A stretch of 64,000 nucleotides of DNA from Pseudogymnoascus verrucosus (taxonomy: Eukaryota). The stretch lies in NCBI GenBank assembly GCA_001662655.1, contig KV460286.1, one strand, 5' to 3'. Positions 1 through 12,100 of this stretch are shown here, piece by piece. The notes under the pieces are model-generated. The model was not told the origin of the DNA and ran no database searches. It saw only the letters and a program-made list of their open reading frames with translations. Each line of letters starts with the position of its first letter. Within the stretch, counting starts at the first letter, position 1. Made by a program: the position numbers and the translations under genes.

Positions 1-502
1 AGGTATTTGAGGTTGTAGTTGTTAAGTTTGAGGTTGTTGTTGTAGGTGTTGTTGTTGAGGCTGAAAAACGCGAAAAACGCGACACTTATTTAACCGGACT
101 TCATCTGCAACCTCACGTAATATCCGATAGCTAGTAGCGTAGCCGCTTATAGTAAGCTCTTTAATCCACTTTAAAAGTGTCTTTTCTTGGTTTTTTGAAA
201 GGAGTTGTTGTTGTTGACGCGCTTCTGTTCGCGTTAGTATACCCCGTACGCGTCTCCGCACAGTATCAGGTCTTAGGTTCAAAGCAATAGCTGCAGCTTG
301 AGCAGATTTGTATTTTCTAGTTTGAATTCCTAGAACTGCTTCAGAAAGTCGTAAATCAAGCTCTTGAGCCTGTTTATTCCTCCGTCTAACCATTCTACTA
401 GTATAAGCATTGTTAAGTAGTTTGGTGGTTCTGTCCTAGATTTTGGTGGGGTTTTTAGAATCGCCGCTTACGCCATGTCGCCGCTTACGCCACGACTTAC
501 GT
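1..502 (-). mobile_element. 5' end of a pogo/Fot1-type (Tc1-mariner) DNA transposon, running off the left edge of the window
   Basis: Minus-strand end ACGTAAGTCGTGGCGTAAGCGGCGACATGGCGTAAGCGGCGATTC starts at 502. It has an internal 15-bp direct repeat (461-475, 478-492) and TA at 503-504. It precedes a transposase N-terminus. Confidence 0.9.
22..393 (-). pseudogene. Pogo/Fot1 transposase N-terminal fragment (HTH psq-like plus CENP-B HTH) with a premature stop
   Basis: 'SAQAAAIALNLRPDTVRRRVRG...QQLLSKNQEKTLLKWIKELTISGY' is typical of fungal pogo transposases. The TAA at 22-24 sits in a Gln-rich run and the frame continues (QLQPQIP), consistent with a RIP-type CAA>TAA change. Confidence 0.85.
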
Positions 503-1600
503 TACTAGATATCTCTAAAATATTAGTGTACTACTTTCTATAACCCCCGAAACTATCTATACCTTATATTACTATAACTCACTAACATCTTTTACTCTAT
601 TTATAAAATTTTAATAGGTTTTCTTTCTTCTTATTATCTACAATACAAATTAATATATATCATATTACTATATGGTATATAGGTAAAATAGGCTTAATTT
701 AATATTACTAACGTAGGTCATGGCCTAAAGGGCTATATGGCCTAAAGGGCTATTCTAGAAACCACACCAAAATCCACGTTACGTAACTAAAATTAAAACC
801 TTAATAACTTTTTAATTAACTGTTATAAAGCTTAATCCTCTTATATTATTACTCTTTATATATGCATACATTAGGGTTTAATTTGTAATAATGTAAGCTA
901 GTCTTATTAAAGAGTTATTTATAGTTTAAGTTTTACTATATAAATATTTTATATAGTAAAAGTTAAAACCTTAATATTTTATATAGTAAAAGTTAAAACC
1001 TTAATATTTATTGTAAAATAAGACTAGCGCTACTAGCGTTTTTACATATATTAGATGCATATATAAAGAGTAATAATATAAGAGGATTAAGCTTTATAAC
1101 AGCTAATTAAAAAGTTATTAAGGTTTTAATTTTAGTCACATGACGTGGATTTTGGTGTGGTTTCTAGAATAGCCCTTTAGGCCATGTAGCCCTTTAGGCC
1201 ATGACCTACGTTATATAAAAAGTGTTCCTACTTACGTGTTCTTAGAAAAGGGTATGCTAGAACTTTGTAGAAATGCAAAACAGTACGGTGGTAGATGTGT
1301 TATTTTTAATATTTTTAGTAGTGGTTCTAATATTAGCCGTTTATTTAAAATAGAATGTCTACTTTATAATGGTTATTTAATAATAATAAGTAGTTAACTT
1401 AAAAGGCTAATATTAGTATTACCTATAAATTGATTTAAAAGTTTTAATATTATTAGCATTAATGAATGTCTATAGTTGAGTTGGCTTCTCTCTTACTATA
1501 TTTTTAATCAAATAAATTTGTTTATGTGGCATCATTAGAATCGTTTATTCAGCTTAAACAACTCATAATTTAAACATGATTTCTTTATATTCTTTATATT
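503..1600. repeat. AT-rich, TpA-enriched tract consistent with RIP-degraded repeats
   Basis: Visibly much lower GC than the rest of the window, abundant TA dinucleotides, no ORFs, and it flanks two transposons. Confidence 0.7.
711..1211. mobile_element. Non-autonomous MITE (pogo/Fot1 family), 501 bp
   Basis: 157-bp inverted arms (711-867 and 1055-1211) with 5 mismatches, all transitions. ACGT termini, TA at 709-710 and 1212-1213, no ORF, and an internal ~30-bp tandem duplication at ~943-1009. Confidence 0.92.
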
Positions 1601-1787
1601 CATTCCCCTTCGAGACGTGACATATACATATGCTGCGCGACCCATCTAATATTTACAGTTTAGTAACACAGCCACCCTAGTATCGATGTATGAATGTTAA
1701 ATTGAAATTGTATTTCGTTATTCATATCGAATTTGTAAAGGGGCATCCATCATCTGCCAAGCCAAGCTGACTATTTCGTCAGAGGCT

Positions 1788-4049
1788 TCATTCCGTCTCT
1801 TCAAATAGGACCAGCACGGTGCCAGCTTTGCAAATGTCCTGTTCGTTCTCATGATTAGTCTCGTATAATAATTGTTAGCAGAAAGGTGTGCATACCCCGG
1901 GCTTATGAACTAGTTTGGCAACTGTTCCACGTTGAGGTGACCTAATTATTGTCTCCATCTTCATACTCTCAATCCTAATTAAATATCCGTTAGTAAATGT
2001 CCAACGGGAATAGAAAAAAGTCCAACATACACAACCAGGGCGGCATCCTTTTCTACTACGTCGCCTTCATTTACTTCGTTCTTTAGGATTTTGCATGGCA
2101 TTGGTGCAAGCACGCTGTTGGCAACGTCTTTGATCCCCAATGCCTTCTCATACCATAAAGGTTGTGCAAGTTTTAACTTAATCATCTTTCCCTTCTGGAA
2201 CATTGTTATATTATCGCCGTCTCTGACCACCGTTGACTTGACGCGTGTATGTGGGAAGAAGGAGGTGACAGACGATTCGACCGATTCGCAAGCGACATTG
2301 CTGTATGATTCCTGGATGCCAGGGCCATCAACAGACACCTCGAATACATTTCTAGAGGACTGCTTGACCGTGACAGTCACATCGATAGGTTCCGAGCTAG
2401 ATAGCAAGCTGAATCGGAACTGCCTCTCGCCTAGAATAGTGGTAAGATCAGCGTCATTTCCGTGAGGCCCAGCTTTGGTGAGGCTCTTTGACCCCGCATC
2501 TTTCGTGAAAAGTGCCAAGGCAGCTTGTGCGAAGGAGGTGTTCTCAACGGCCTCTTTCTCAAACAGCTCATCGTGATTCTTCTTGATATATCCCGTTTCG
2601 ACATCGCCTGCAGCAAAACCTGGGCTTAGGCATATCTTTTTCAAGAACTCAATGTTCGTGCTCAGGCCAACCACCTCATACTCTTGCAATGCGCTGTACA
2701 TTCTCTGTATGGCTATTTCACGGGTTGCCCCACTGACAATTAATTTCGCTATCATTCCATCATAGTTCGACGATATCGTATCCCCCTCTATAAAGCCGGC
2801 ATCAATGCGCACATTGTCTGTGATCTGAGGTGTACGAAGATGGGTCAATTTGCCAGAATCGGGCATGAAGTCCTGGTCCGGGTTTTCGGCGTAGATGCGA
2901 GCTTCAATGGCCCAGCCTCGTTCTGAAATTCGCTTTGCGATAGCTTCTTGAGTAAGGGGCAGTGGCTCGCCAGCGGCTACTTTGAATTGCCAAGAGACTA
3001 AGTCTTCACCAGTAACTACTTCAGTCACTGGATGCTCAACCTGAAGCCTGGTGTTCATTTCCATGAAGAAGAACTGGTTGCTGTCATTGTCAAATATAAC
3101 TGCACATTGAAGTTAGCATGCAGTGCCATGGATGACGAGAGACGTGGATCGTACACTCAACTGTTCCCGCGCCCTCGTAGCCAACAGCCAAAGCCGCCGC
3201 CCGCGCCTTCTCCCACAGGTCCTGTCTGATTTCCTCGGGTAAGTTTGGAGCGGGTGCTTCTTCGAGAATCTTCTGATGTCTCCGCTGCAAGCTGCAGTCT
3301 CTTTCACCCAGTGCCACGGCGTTCCCATGCTTATCCGCAAACACTTGGACTTCTATGTGCCGAGGAGTCGTAATATATTTTTCAACCAGCATCTCGTCGT
3401 CACCAAATGAGTTCCGGCCTTCACTCTTGGCACTCTCCAATTTGTCCAGAAACTCTGCCTCGTTCATTGCGATCCTCATCCCCTTTCCGCCTCCTCCTCT
3501 GACTGCCTTCACCAGAACTGGAAATCCGATCTTTCTCGACTCCTCTAGCAGGTTCTCAGGATCTTGGTTCGCTCCGTGATAGCCTGGTATACACGGTACA
3601 CCTGCTTTTATCATGATGTCCTTACTGCGGCTCTTGTTTCCCATAGCCTCGATCGCTTTCCACGGCGGTCCAATGAAGACCAGACCTTCCTCAACACATC
3701 TCTTTGCAAACGCAGAGTTCTCACTCAAGAACCCATAACCGGGATGCAACGCCTGGCAGCCCTGCTCCTTGGCGACGGCGATAATGCGCTCGCCGTCTAG
3801 GTATGCGCTTGCCTGTCCCAAGTTAACAGCGAAGGGGCTGCTGAGGGCATGTTGGGAATGCGCATCAGGATCGGTGTAGAGCGTCGTGCAGCGAATACCA
3901 GACTCCGCAGCCGTTCGACCTACACGAAGAGCTATCTCTCCGCGGTTGGCGATTAAAACTGAGGTGATCTGCTTGGTGCTTAGATGAGAACGTTGGCGGG
4001 GAACTTTGATTCTCCTCGCAAGAACTCGTGGATAGTTTGTGGACCTCAT
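1788..4049 (-). CDS. mccA: 3-methylcrotonyl-CoA carboxylase alpha (biotin carboxylase/BCCP) subunit, 4 exons
   Basis: Motifs VLIANRGEIALRV, HPGYGFLSEN, GGGGKGMR, ERDCSLQRRHQK and MEMNTRLQVEHPVTE. Biotinylation motif ESMKM in the penultimate exon. The basic N-terminus from ATG 4049 resembles a mitochondrial presequence. Stop TGA at 1788-1790. Confidence 0.88.
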
Positions 4050-4543
4050 TGGGATATCGAGCACGCTGTGCTGTGCTATGAAATACGATAACACGTACAA
4101 AGTTGCAAGAGTGCAATGGCAAAAACCTGACAAGTTGCTGCAGCGTGCGATTTGGTTTATATCTGTCGGTCGTTGACGCTTTCGGCTCCCACGATGACCG
4201 TCCGTAGCCGATGGAAGGCGTGGTGGGTGAGTAAAGGTAACAGCTCGGTTCAAAAGGCGGATGTGGGGTGTGTACAAGCGCAGCAGAACAGTACAAAGTT
4301 ACTGTGGGGTAGTCGAAATTTTGGAGAGCAAAGCAGGTACTAAAGTACAAAGTACATAAAATAGCCTTACTGTATCGCTTATTTTAAGGTATCTTATACA
4401 TAAATTACAGTGACAGCTTCACATACATTCTCGAGTATAACATAACATAGTATAACGCTGCCATAGCATACCTATGATATGATAACCTATGATATAATAC
4501 CTATGCTGTATATATATCGAAGGATCAACCAACGCAGCCAGAC

Positions 4544-6662
4544 CTAAGTGTGACCTGAGTTCGCCTGCATCGCTTTGAACCGCTCCTCCGCAGCCCTCGC
4601 CCTCCGCTCCCTATCCAGTTTCATTCTCATCTCAGGCGTTAAACCCCTACTTTCCTCTTCCCGCTTCTCCTGCGCCGTTTTCCTTGCTGCCTCCATTGCC
4701 AAAGCTCGTCCCATGCTTGCAGACTTCCCCAGCGGCCCTGACTCAGCAACTTTCGGGCCCTCGTTCTTTAACCTTTCAGTTTCTGCCTTCCTTCTATCTT
4801 CCTCTTCTCTCTTCCGGCCCAAACTTTCTTCCGCCCTTCTAGTCTCTACGTCCCAATCGGTCAGAGGCGATGGAACATGTGACTTCTCCCAGTCCCAAGT
4901 GACTGGAGGTGAGACTGTTGCGAGGCGAGATCTCGCGAGGCGGAATGCGTCCCGTGTCGCTCGATCGCCTGCCAAATCAAAAGGAGGTTTACCTTCCGAA
5001 TTTAGGGACTCCGGGTTCGCGTGTGCTTTTACCAATAGCCCAGTTGTCATCACTGGATTGTTAAGACTGGCAGCAAAATGTAGTGGTGTTGGTGTGTGAA
5101 AGTTCTGTGGTGCGTCTGGTGGAAAGAATCTGAAATCAGCATTCAAAGAATTGCTTTTTAGATATGAAAGAAGGGCCGGAAGCCGGGAGCGTCGTATCAG
5201 GGCCTGAATCTGTGTAGTGTGTAGAATAAACGTTTCCTCCTCGTCGGAAAACTTTGGTTTTGTGGTTGTAGTTGGAGCCTTCGTCGAGTTTTGAATCGTG
5301 TTAGCTTTTGGTACTGCATCTGAAGCTGCGGTGGCGAGGGACTGCTCGTCAAAATCTCGAATTTTGACGCGTGTCAGTTCTATAAACGAGCGCATAAGCT
5401 CTTTCTGAGTTGCACGGCGAGTATTGAAAGGGATACTGCGAATCCGAGGATCATTGGCTTGGAGTATTTGGCCTTCATACGGCCCAAAGAGAGTCCGACG
5501 GTTCGTATTTCCCGTTGCTCGGACAAATAGTAATTCAGAGGTATCAATCAGACTCTTCCACTCAGCAAGAAGAAGTCGAACTTCATCATTCAAAGCAGCT
5601 TCGTTGTACCTCCTTATTCCAGCGCCTGCAGAGTGAGCCGCACCTTTCGCGGAGTCATTTGCCGATTGCGAGCCACCCTGTTTGCGTCGAGTCGTGTAGC
5701 GGTGGAATGTTTTATGAGCGATGACGGTTGCTTCTTTAGCCAATGGCCCAGTTGCTGAAGAACTGCTTTGCTTTGGTACCATTGACACGACCATCGCAGC
5801 AAAGTGCCCACCTCCTATCATGCACATGAACATATGTGGCCCTATGTTCTCGCTTGCCAGTTTTGATATCTCGCTATTATCGTCGGTATGCTTGGTAGGC
5901 ATCCTAGGCAACAGTTGCTTCTTCCTAATGGTATCAACAAAATTGCCATTGTCGTTTTGTTCTTCGGCGGTAAAAATAGCTTTGTATATCCCCAAATATG
6001 AGTTTGGTGGCACGGTGGGGCTAGTGAACCAAACAAGTGGTTGATTGCTGGAGCTCTCTTTCCGAGAGTTCATATAGGTGCCACCCTCGCCCTCTTGTGC
6101 AGATATAGCTGCTCTCTTCTTGAGCAAAGCAGATAGAGTCGTTTCGTTACGGCCTCCCTGACCCTCATCGTCATCAGATTCGGATTCATCAGAGCCAGAT
6201 AAGCTTTCGTCCAAGTCTGTACAGCGTTAGCCTGGTTCGGGATATACCACAAAGACATGGCATATAACCTTTTACGAGGGTCTCAAATTCTGTCTCAGAA
6301 ACAGGTTCTAGTCCTCGTAGCTTTAGCTTTAGATTGTAACTGTGAAGGTCCGACCGGATATGACTCCGCTGCTCTTCCACCGTAGAAAACGATTGGTCAC
6401 ATAGAGAGCATGCTGTGGTGGATGCTGCACCAACGCTTCTGGTGCCGTCGTGCTCCGCCTTCGCCTCGATGTCTTGAGCTTCTAGGATATCGGGTACAAC
6501 ACCGTCCTTTTGTTGCAAAGTTGTTAAGATATCCGATGGCAAGTTATACACTACGCGCGGACCCGAATGTTAGCACTTGTCAAGCGCCGCAAACGAAAGA
6601 GCAGTACCGTATAGAGGCCTTCTGACCATCTGCTCCCTTCTCTGTTCCCTTCTCTGCTCCAT
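4544..6662 (-). CDS. VMS1: Vms1/ANKZF1 ribosome quality-control factor (C2H2 finger, VLRF1 domain, ankyrin, VIM)
   Basis: CSLC...HIRSDLH finger, GGGHFAA, HKTFHRYTTRRKQGGSQSAND...SAGAGIRRYNE, ankyrin TPLHFAA, C-terminal RERRARAAEERF. Two 5' introns. Confidence 0.93.
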
Positions 6663-7148
6663 GGCCGCTATGCGAACTTTACTTTTGTGGGCAAATAGCT
6701 GTCGATTCGTGATGTGAGTCTACCTCGAGCAAACGTAACAAACATCGGTTGAATTGTGAAAATGTTCAAGATCCACTTTAATAACGCCCCAAGGGCCCAT
6801 GAAATAACGGTTAGCGTGATATACATGTGATACCTTGGGAGGTTAGAGCAGGAATAGAGCAATGACGTAATTTCTTGGTTTTCCCACGCGCAACAACGCG
6901 CACAGAATATACGATGGTGAGATGCTCAGAGCCCGCTGTTGGCGTCGCTGTTATTTTTGTTGCTGCCGCCGCCGTCATTCATTACATAGATCTCGCAGTC
7001 ATCAATTAACCCAGGCCAGTGCTTCATCAGACATCCTATTACCTCTCCACTGTCCGCATGGCGGCTGTATATAACCTTTGAGTTGCCCCCTTTATATCGA
7101 ATCCATACAGTTCGACATTCATCTGAAGCTCTGGACCTGCCGTTCAAC

Positions 7149-9431
7149 ATGTCTTCGTGCTTCCCATTTCGAAAGAAGAGGGATTCGGAGACGACGCCAC
7201 TGCTCCCCCAGTATAATGACAGTACTATTCTTCAACGGAGAATCCATCAGAAACTTCATTCCTATCAGATGGTTCGAGCACTTGGGATGGGATATATGCC
7301 ATCTACCGACCAACTAATAGTTAACCTCCGAACCCTCATTGCCTCCGATGTCCTTAATCCGGATGTACCCGGACTAAATAGAAGCAGCAGGCTGCTGCTG
7401 AAGTATTTGAAGCAGTGGTTGTATGATTTTATTGAGATGTTACGCAACAAGAGTGGTCAGGACCAGATCCAAGATTTTATTTGGGCGGCATCTCGCGCAA
7501 AGATTTCCCTTGATACAGACGATGTTATCCAGGCCGCTACAAGCACAAATGTCCGCCTAGATGCCTCCAATGGTAAGTATGCAATGAGCCTGGATGGCAA
7601 ACGCATATTCTAACTTCATCTAGCATACGAGAGTATCAAGACCATAGGAAGTTTACTTCTAACAAACTCGGACTTTAGAATGTTTCTTAAAGACTTAAAT
7701 GTGCTTGGGCGTCAAGTACTTGCAGACACAGCGAATGAGCTCTCTGAGGCTGCGGAAATTGCAGCGACGCAGATTGAGCCACCAGACTCGCAGTCACAGG
7801 CGTTGAAAGAACCAGGCAACGAAGAATGGCCGGTTCCGACAACGGGTGACCTTCTCAGCGAGGCTACTGAGATCACTGATTCAGTTGTCGACGGCGTTAA
7901 GTCCACCGGTCAAGCAGCTGAAGATAGCTTGAAAGATAAACTCAGCGGGGAAGAAAGAAATAGCTTGCTATTTCGGCTGAAATCCGCGGTAACAAAGCTA
8001 AGGAAAAGATATGATTACTCGGAATCAGTCTCTATGATAGGGCTTCTAATCAAACGCTATGCAAAAGTATATTCCCGTGCTGCGGATGAAACCATTGGTA
8101 CAATACAGGAAGATATTGAGACCAATGAGGAGCTCGATCGAGCTGTAAGGCTTGGCTGGCAGCTCTTGAGCTCGTTTGGCAAAAAGGAAACCTGGGATGA
8201 GCTTGAAAGGCGATTTAAGAAAGTTGTTGAACATTCACAGACGGATGGAGAATTCGAGAGTCTTATGGGCGACATGGCATCATCCATCCAAGATATTTTA
8301 ATGAACCCAGGCTTCTTCGAGTCAGCTAATTACAATAGCGGAGATGCAAAATGGAGCCGCACAGGAAGTACAGCACCTTCACCTCTACGACGAGATATCG
8401 ATGGGTTATTAGAGCAGGCCAGGCTTACTTGCGAGAAGGTCGCTGATGACGATGACATCTCTAAAATTCTCAGGAATAGTCTCCATGTATGGGCTATTCT
8501 TTCACCCGTACAGGGTGGAACCAACGATGAACTTCTTGTGGACACATACAGCGTCTTTGTACCCCTTCTAATCCAAGCCGTTCAATATATTCCGATACCA
8601 CGACTTGAAGTGTCAGCACCGGAGATCGACCTCCTCCTTGAAAATTTGATTCTGGAGCCTGGGCGAACCATCAACCATACTTCATTTTTGCCATTCAAAC
8701 TGAATATAAATACAAATAACGACATTACTATTCACAAAGCTCGGTATCACACAGCCTCCAGCCTAACCACCCTTGTGACAGTAAACCTACAAGGGTTGTC
8801 AATACGGGCAGATGAAGTAGGGTTCTGGCTGCGTGCCCATAAAGGTTTACTCAGGCTCGCCGACGAAGGCATTGCCTCTTTGGAGCTTGATGACCGCGGC
8901 ATCGATATTGCAATACACTTCGAAATTGGGAAAGGCCACATCGAAAAAATTCTCTCGCTGCGAAACGTCAAAGTCAAGATACACCATCTCAACTACTCCT
9001 TGCGCAGGTCCAAGTTCGCATGTCTGGCGTGGATTTTTAAGCCGATTGTTCGCCGTATCATTCGAAAAGTTCTCGAGCGTAAGTTAAGTAGTACAATTGA
9101 GGATGGAATACACGCAGCAAACAGAGAACTTGTGTATGCACGTGAGCGTCTCAGAGCAACTAGGATTTCGGACCCTAAAGATCTTCATACCTTTGTTCGG
9201 GCCATAATTACTCGACTCACTCCAGAGGAAGATCCAGATTTGTACACCAATATCGGAGTTGTCGGAGGGGCCAATAAGCAGGGAAATGTCTTCGCTGGTG
9301 TCTATGCACCGGGCAGTATTGTAAAACTGTGGCAGGAAGAAGCACATGAAGCGGGCGAGAGAGTTGAAGACAACGAAGTAAAAGGCTGGAGAAATGAGAT
9401 ATTCGATGTGCAAGCTGGACCTATACCATAG
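7149..9431 (+). CDS. Conserved fungal protein of DUF4449/DUF5923 (BPI/TULIP-like) type, 2 exons
   Basis: ORFs 7083 and 7680 join via intron ~7572-7623 (GTAAGT..CTAAC..TAG). 'YIPIPRLEVSAPEIDLLLENLILEPG...SFLP' and a beta-rich C-terminus match my recollection of this family. Confidence 0.65.
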
Positions 9432-9658
9432 TAGCCACAACTGAGTTTCCTGGCTCCTGGTTTGAAGTAGGGGTGTGACGGAGGCGATCCGTATTGTGAG
9501 CTGGGTCGGGCATTTACGTGCAGCTATGTGAGCATCGATTTTTGTATGTCATAGAATATAATGAAGGATTGGCATGTGTGATATTAAGAACTATATCTCA
9601 CGAATGGGTGGTTTGCCAATAGGCCATGCCTCATAGCATCTCTAGATAGCCGGAGTTC

Positions 9659-11170
9659 TTATAACTCGACGTAATTTGCAGGAAACCTACCTCTGACGCC
9701 TCGTAATTCACCGTCCCACCAGTCATCGGTACTGTCGGTTTTCTTGATGACCTTGATCCGATCACCCTCTTCAAACGCCAGATCATCGCTCTCTTGGCCA
9801 GTGAAAGTATACAGTGCTGTAACCCACTGTTCGTTGGACGACTGGATGCGCTTTGGAGGAGGCGGTGGAGCCTTTTTCTTCGCTGCTATTGCGGACGACA
9901 TATTCCTAGCCGATTGGGAGTCCTGACCTTGGAAATAATCTCGAACGGGACCAGCGGGAGCATATGACGGAGTGGAAGCGTGTGAAGATGGATTGTTTCT
10001 CTCCACCTCAGGTTCGTCGTATTCTCGTTGCGGCTCCGGTGCCTGCGGGCTGCCAGAATTGTGACCCGAGGGTGAAAGGCGCGATGCCCCGGCAGAAAGT
10101 TTACCACCAAGGCGGCTCATCGACGGGAGACTGCTCTGCGTATTTGATCTTCGCGCTGCGAGGTTGTTTCTTAAGTTAAGGCCAGACATGGACGAGCCTC
10201 GGCGAGTTTCTGAGTCATCGCCAAGCACCATGGGAGCATGTATCGCCTTTCCTCGGGCAATGGTGTTTATAGATTCCACATCTTGTTGGATTCTTTTGAA
10301 ATCACTATCCCATTCTCCCACTATGTCCTGCGTAGGCGGTGCAGGAGAGGGAAACCCCTCCTCTGTGCAATAGTTGTGGAGCGTGGTGTAGTACTGAGCG
10401 AGAAGTGTGTTTTGTATCAAAATCTGAGCAGCCAAGATGTGCGGGAGAATAGAAAATGCTGCTGCGATTACAGGGGGCAGGCTCTCACGTAGACGATCGT
10501 CAGCGTAATGAAAATCCTATAGAAGTTAAAGAGGTTTGTACGGGATTGGTAGTTGTGGAAGTACACACGTCAGCTGCTTTCCCCATATCTGCTTCCAACT
10601 TTAATAAACCCGCCTCTTCTTTTTCAGAGCGCTTTTGCCTCCTCTTTTTGTCGACACGGTCCTGGTAGCTCTCATAGTCTATTCGTTTGTTCTCGCGATT
10701 TTTTATAGTTTTTTTAATCGGCTTAATGCATTCTAAAACCTCCGTGGCAGGCCGGATGATCCTTGGATCTACCAAGTTCAATTCCTCCAGCAGGTCTGCT
10801 TTAAGTTCGGCGTATGCCTCCTTCAGATTCTTCGTTTTGGTCAACATGGTCTGGGGGGTCATGATGGCATCGTGTCCGTGCCCTTCCGACGTGGCTCCAA
10901 CTATCGGGTTGTAGATCTCCTCGAAAACGGTTACTGCATTCAGTTGTAAAGCCAGTATTGATAACCACGCATCTCTCCAGGCCCTGGAGGTGTGAACGAT
11001 CTGTGCGAGTTAGCTTTGAACCAAGGTCTCCGGCGGGATAAGTTGGTCAGGGAACTCACGCTCGTCAATACTTCATCTACATTGGTGAAGTCCTGCAAGA
11101 GAACCGACACTTTGGCATCATCTGGCCCTTTAGGTTTTATCTTCCCCAACTGTCGGTGCATGGACTGCAT
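9659..11170 (-). CDS. BAR-domain plus C-terminal SH3 protein, 3 exons
   Basis: Helical 'KTIKNRENKRIDYESYQD' BAR segment, a PPPPPK motif, and SH3 'ALYTFTGQESDDLAFEEGDRIKVIKKTDSTDDWWDGELRGVRGRFPANYVEL'. Confidence 0.88.
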
Positions 11171-12100
11171 GTTGGACGTCGTCTCCCGATACTTATGCTA
11201 TCGTCTGCTGTGGTTGTGAACGACGGTTTGTCAATTGACAACCAGTCCCAATCACTTGGGGATATTGATGTAGGTGCCACTAATCGACTTGTAGATGCAG
11301 GTGATAGGAAAGGAAGCACTCTGTGTCTGTGTGAAGATGTTGCAAATTTGGTGGTGTTTTGGACTGCCTGGCTTGTACTGTCGGTGGGGTGGTTGTTGCC
11401 TGCGGTTAATCACAGATCTTGACGGATAGTTGCACAATGAAGCACAAGGAGCGCAGAGCAAACTGCTGGGTATATTGCAAGGACAGCAGCTGTGAAAATC
11501 TTGGAAAGAAACAATATATACTTTTGGATTCCAATCCAAAAAAATATCAAGTTATTGATCCACGTTGATGTTTGTTTCTGGGTATGGACAAGGTCAAGCT
11601 CATGAAAAGGGCCGACAATCTTCCGTGAGTCCAGGCACAGGCACAGGCACAGGCACGGATAAACGGGTCTCGTTCAGCCAGCTTCCCTCCAAACCACCTC
11701 AAAGCTTGGAGCACCACACTATTCCCGAGTATATGATGAGCGTCAGTAGTTTATCGGAGTTACAGGGGTCATGTTTATAAAAGTCACATAGGCTACTCTC
11801 TATATATACTACAATGCTCTGCACTTCTCTCGTGCGTATCATTAGAGAGACACCTTGCTAAAAAAACAGACTGGGCATGGAGATACCTCTCAACTAAGTT
11901 ATCATTAATCGGAGGTTGTGGTCCTACAATAGTAAACGCCAAATAGATGCCCTGTTCTGGTGTAAAAAATCCCCTCCCAGCAACGCGGTACTGTGGGTAT
12001 CTCTGTAAAAGCAAAATAACCTGCCCAACGCCAAGCTATGTGAAATGCATCTGCAAATAAACACATGCATAGCATGAGTTGACGCCCAATATAAACCTTC

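Noticed and set aside
4050..4277. N-terminal extension of mccA suggested by the ORF track
   Set aside because: Depends on a non-ATG start; ATG 4049 gives a plausible mitochondrial presequence directly before the conserved domain.
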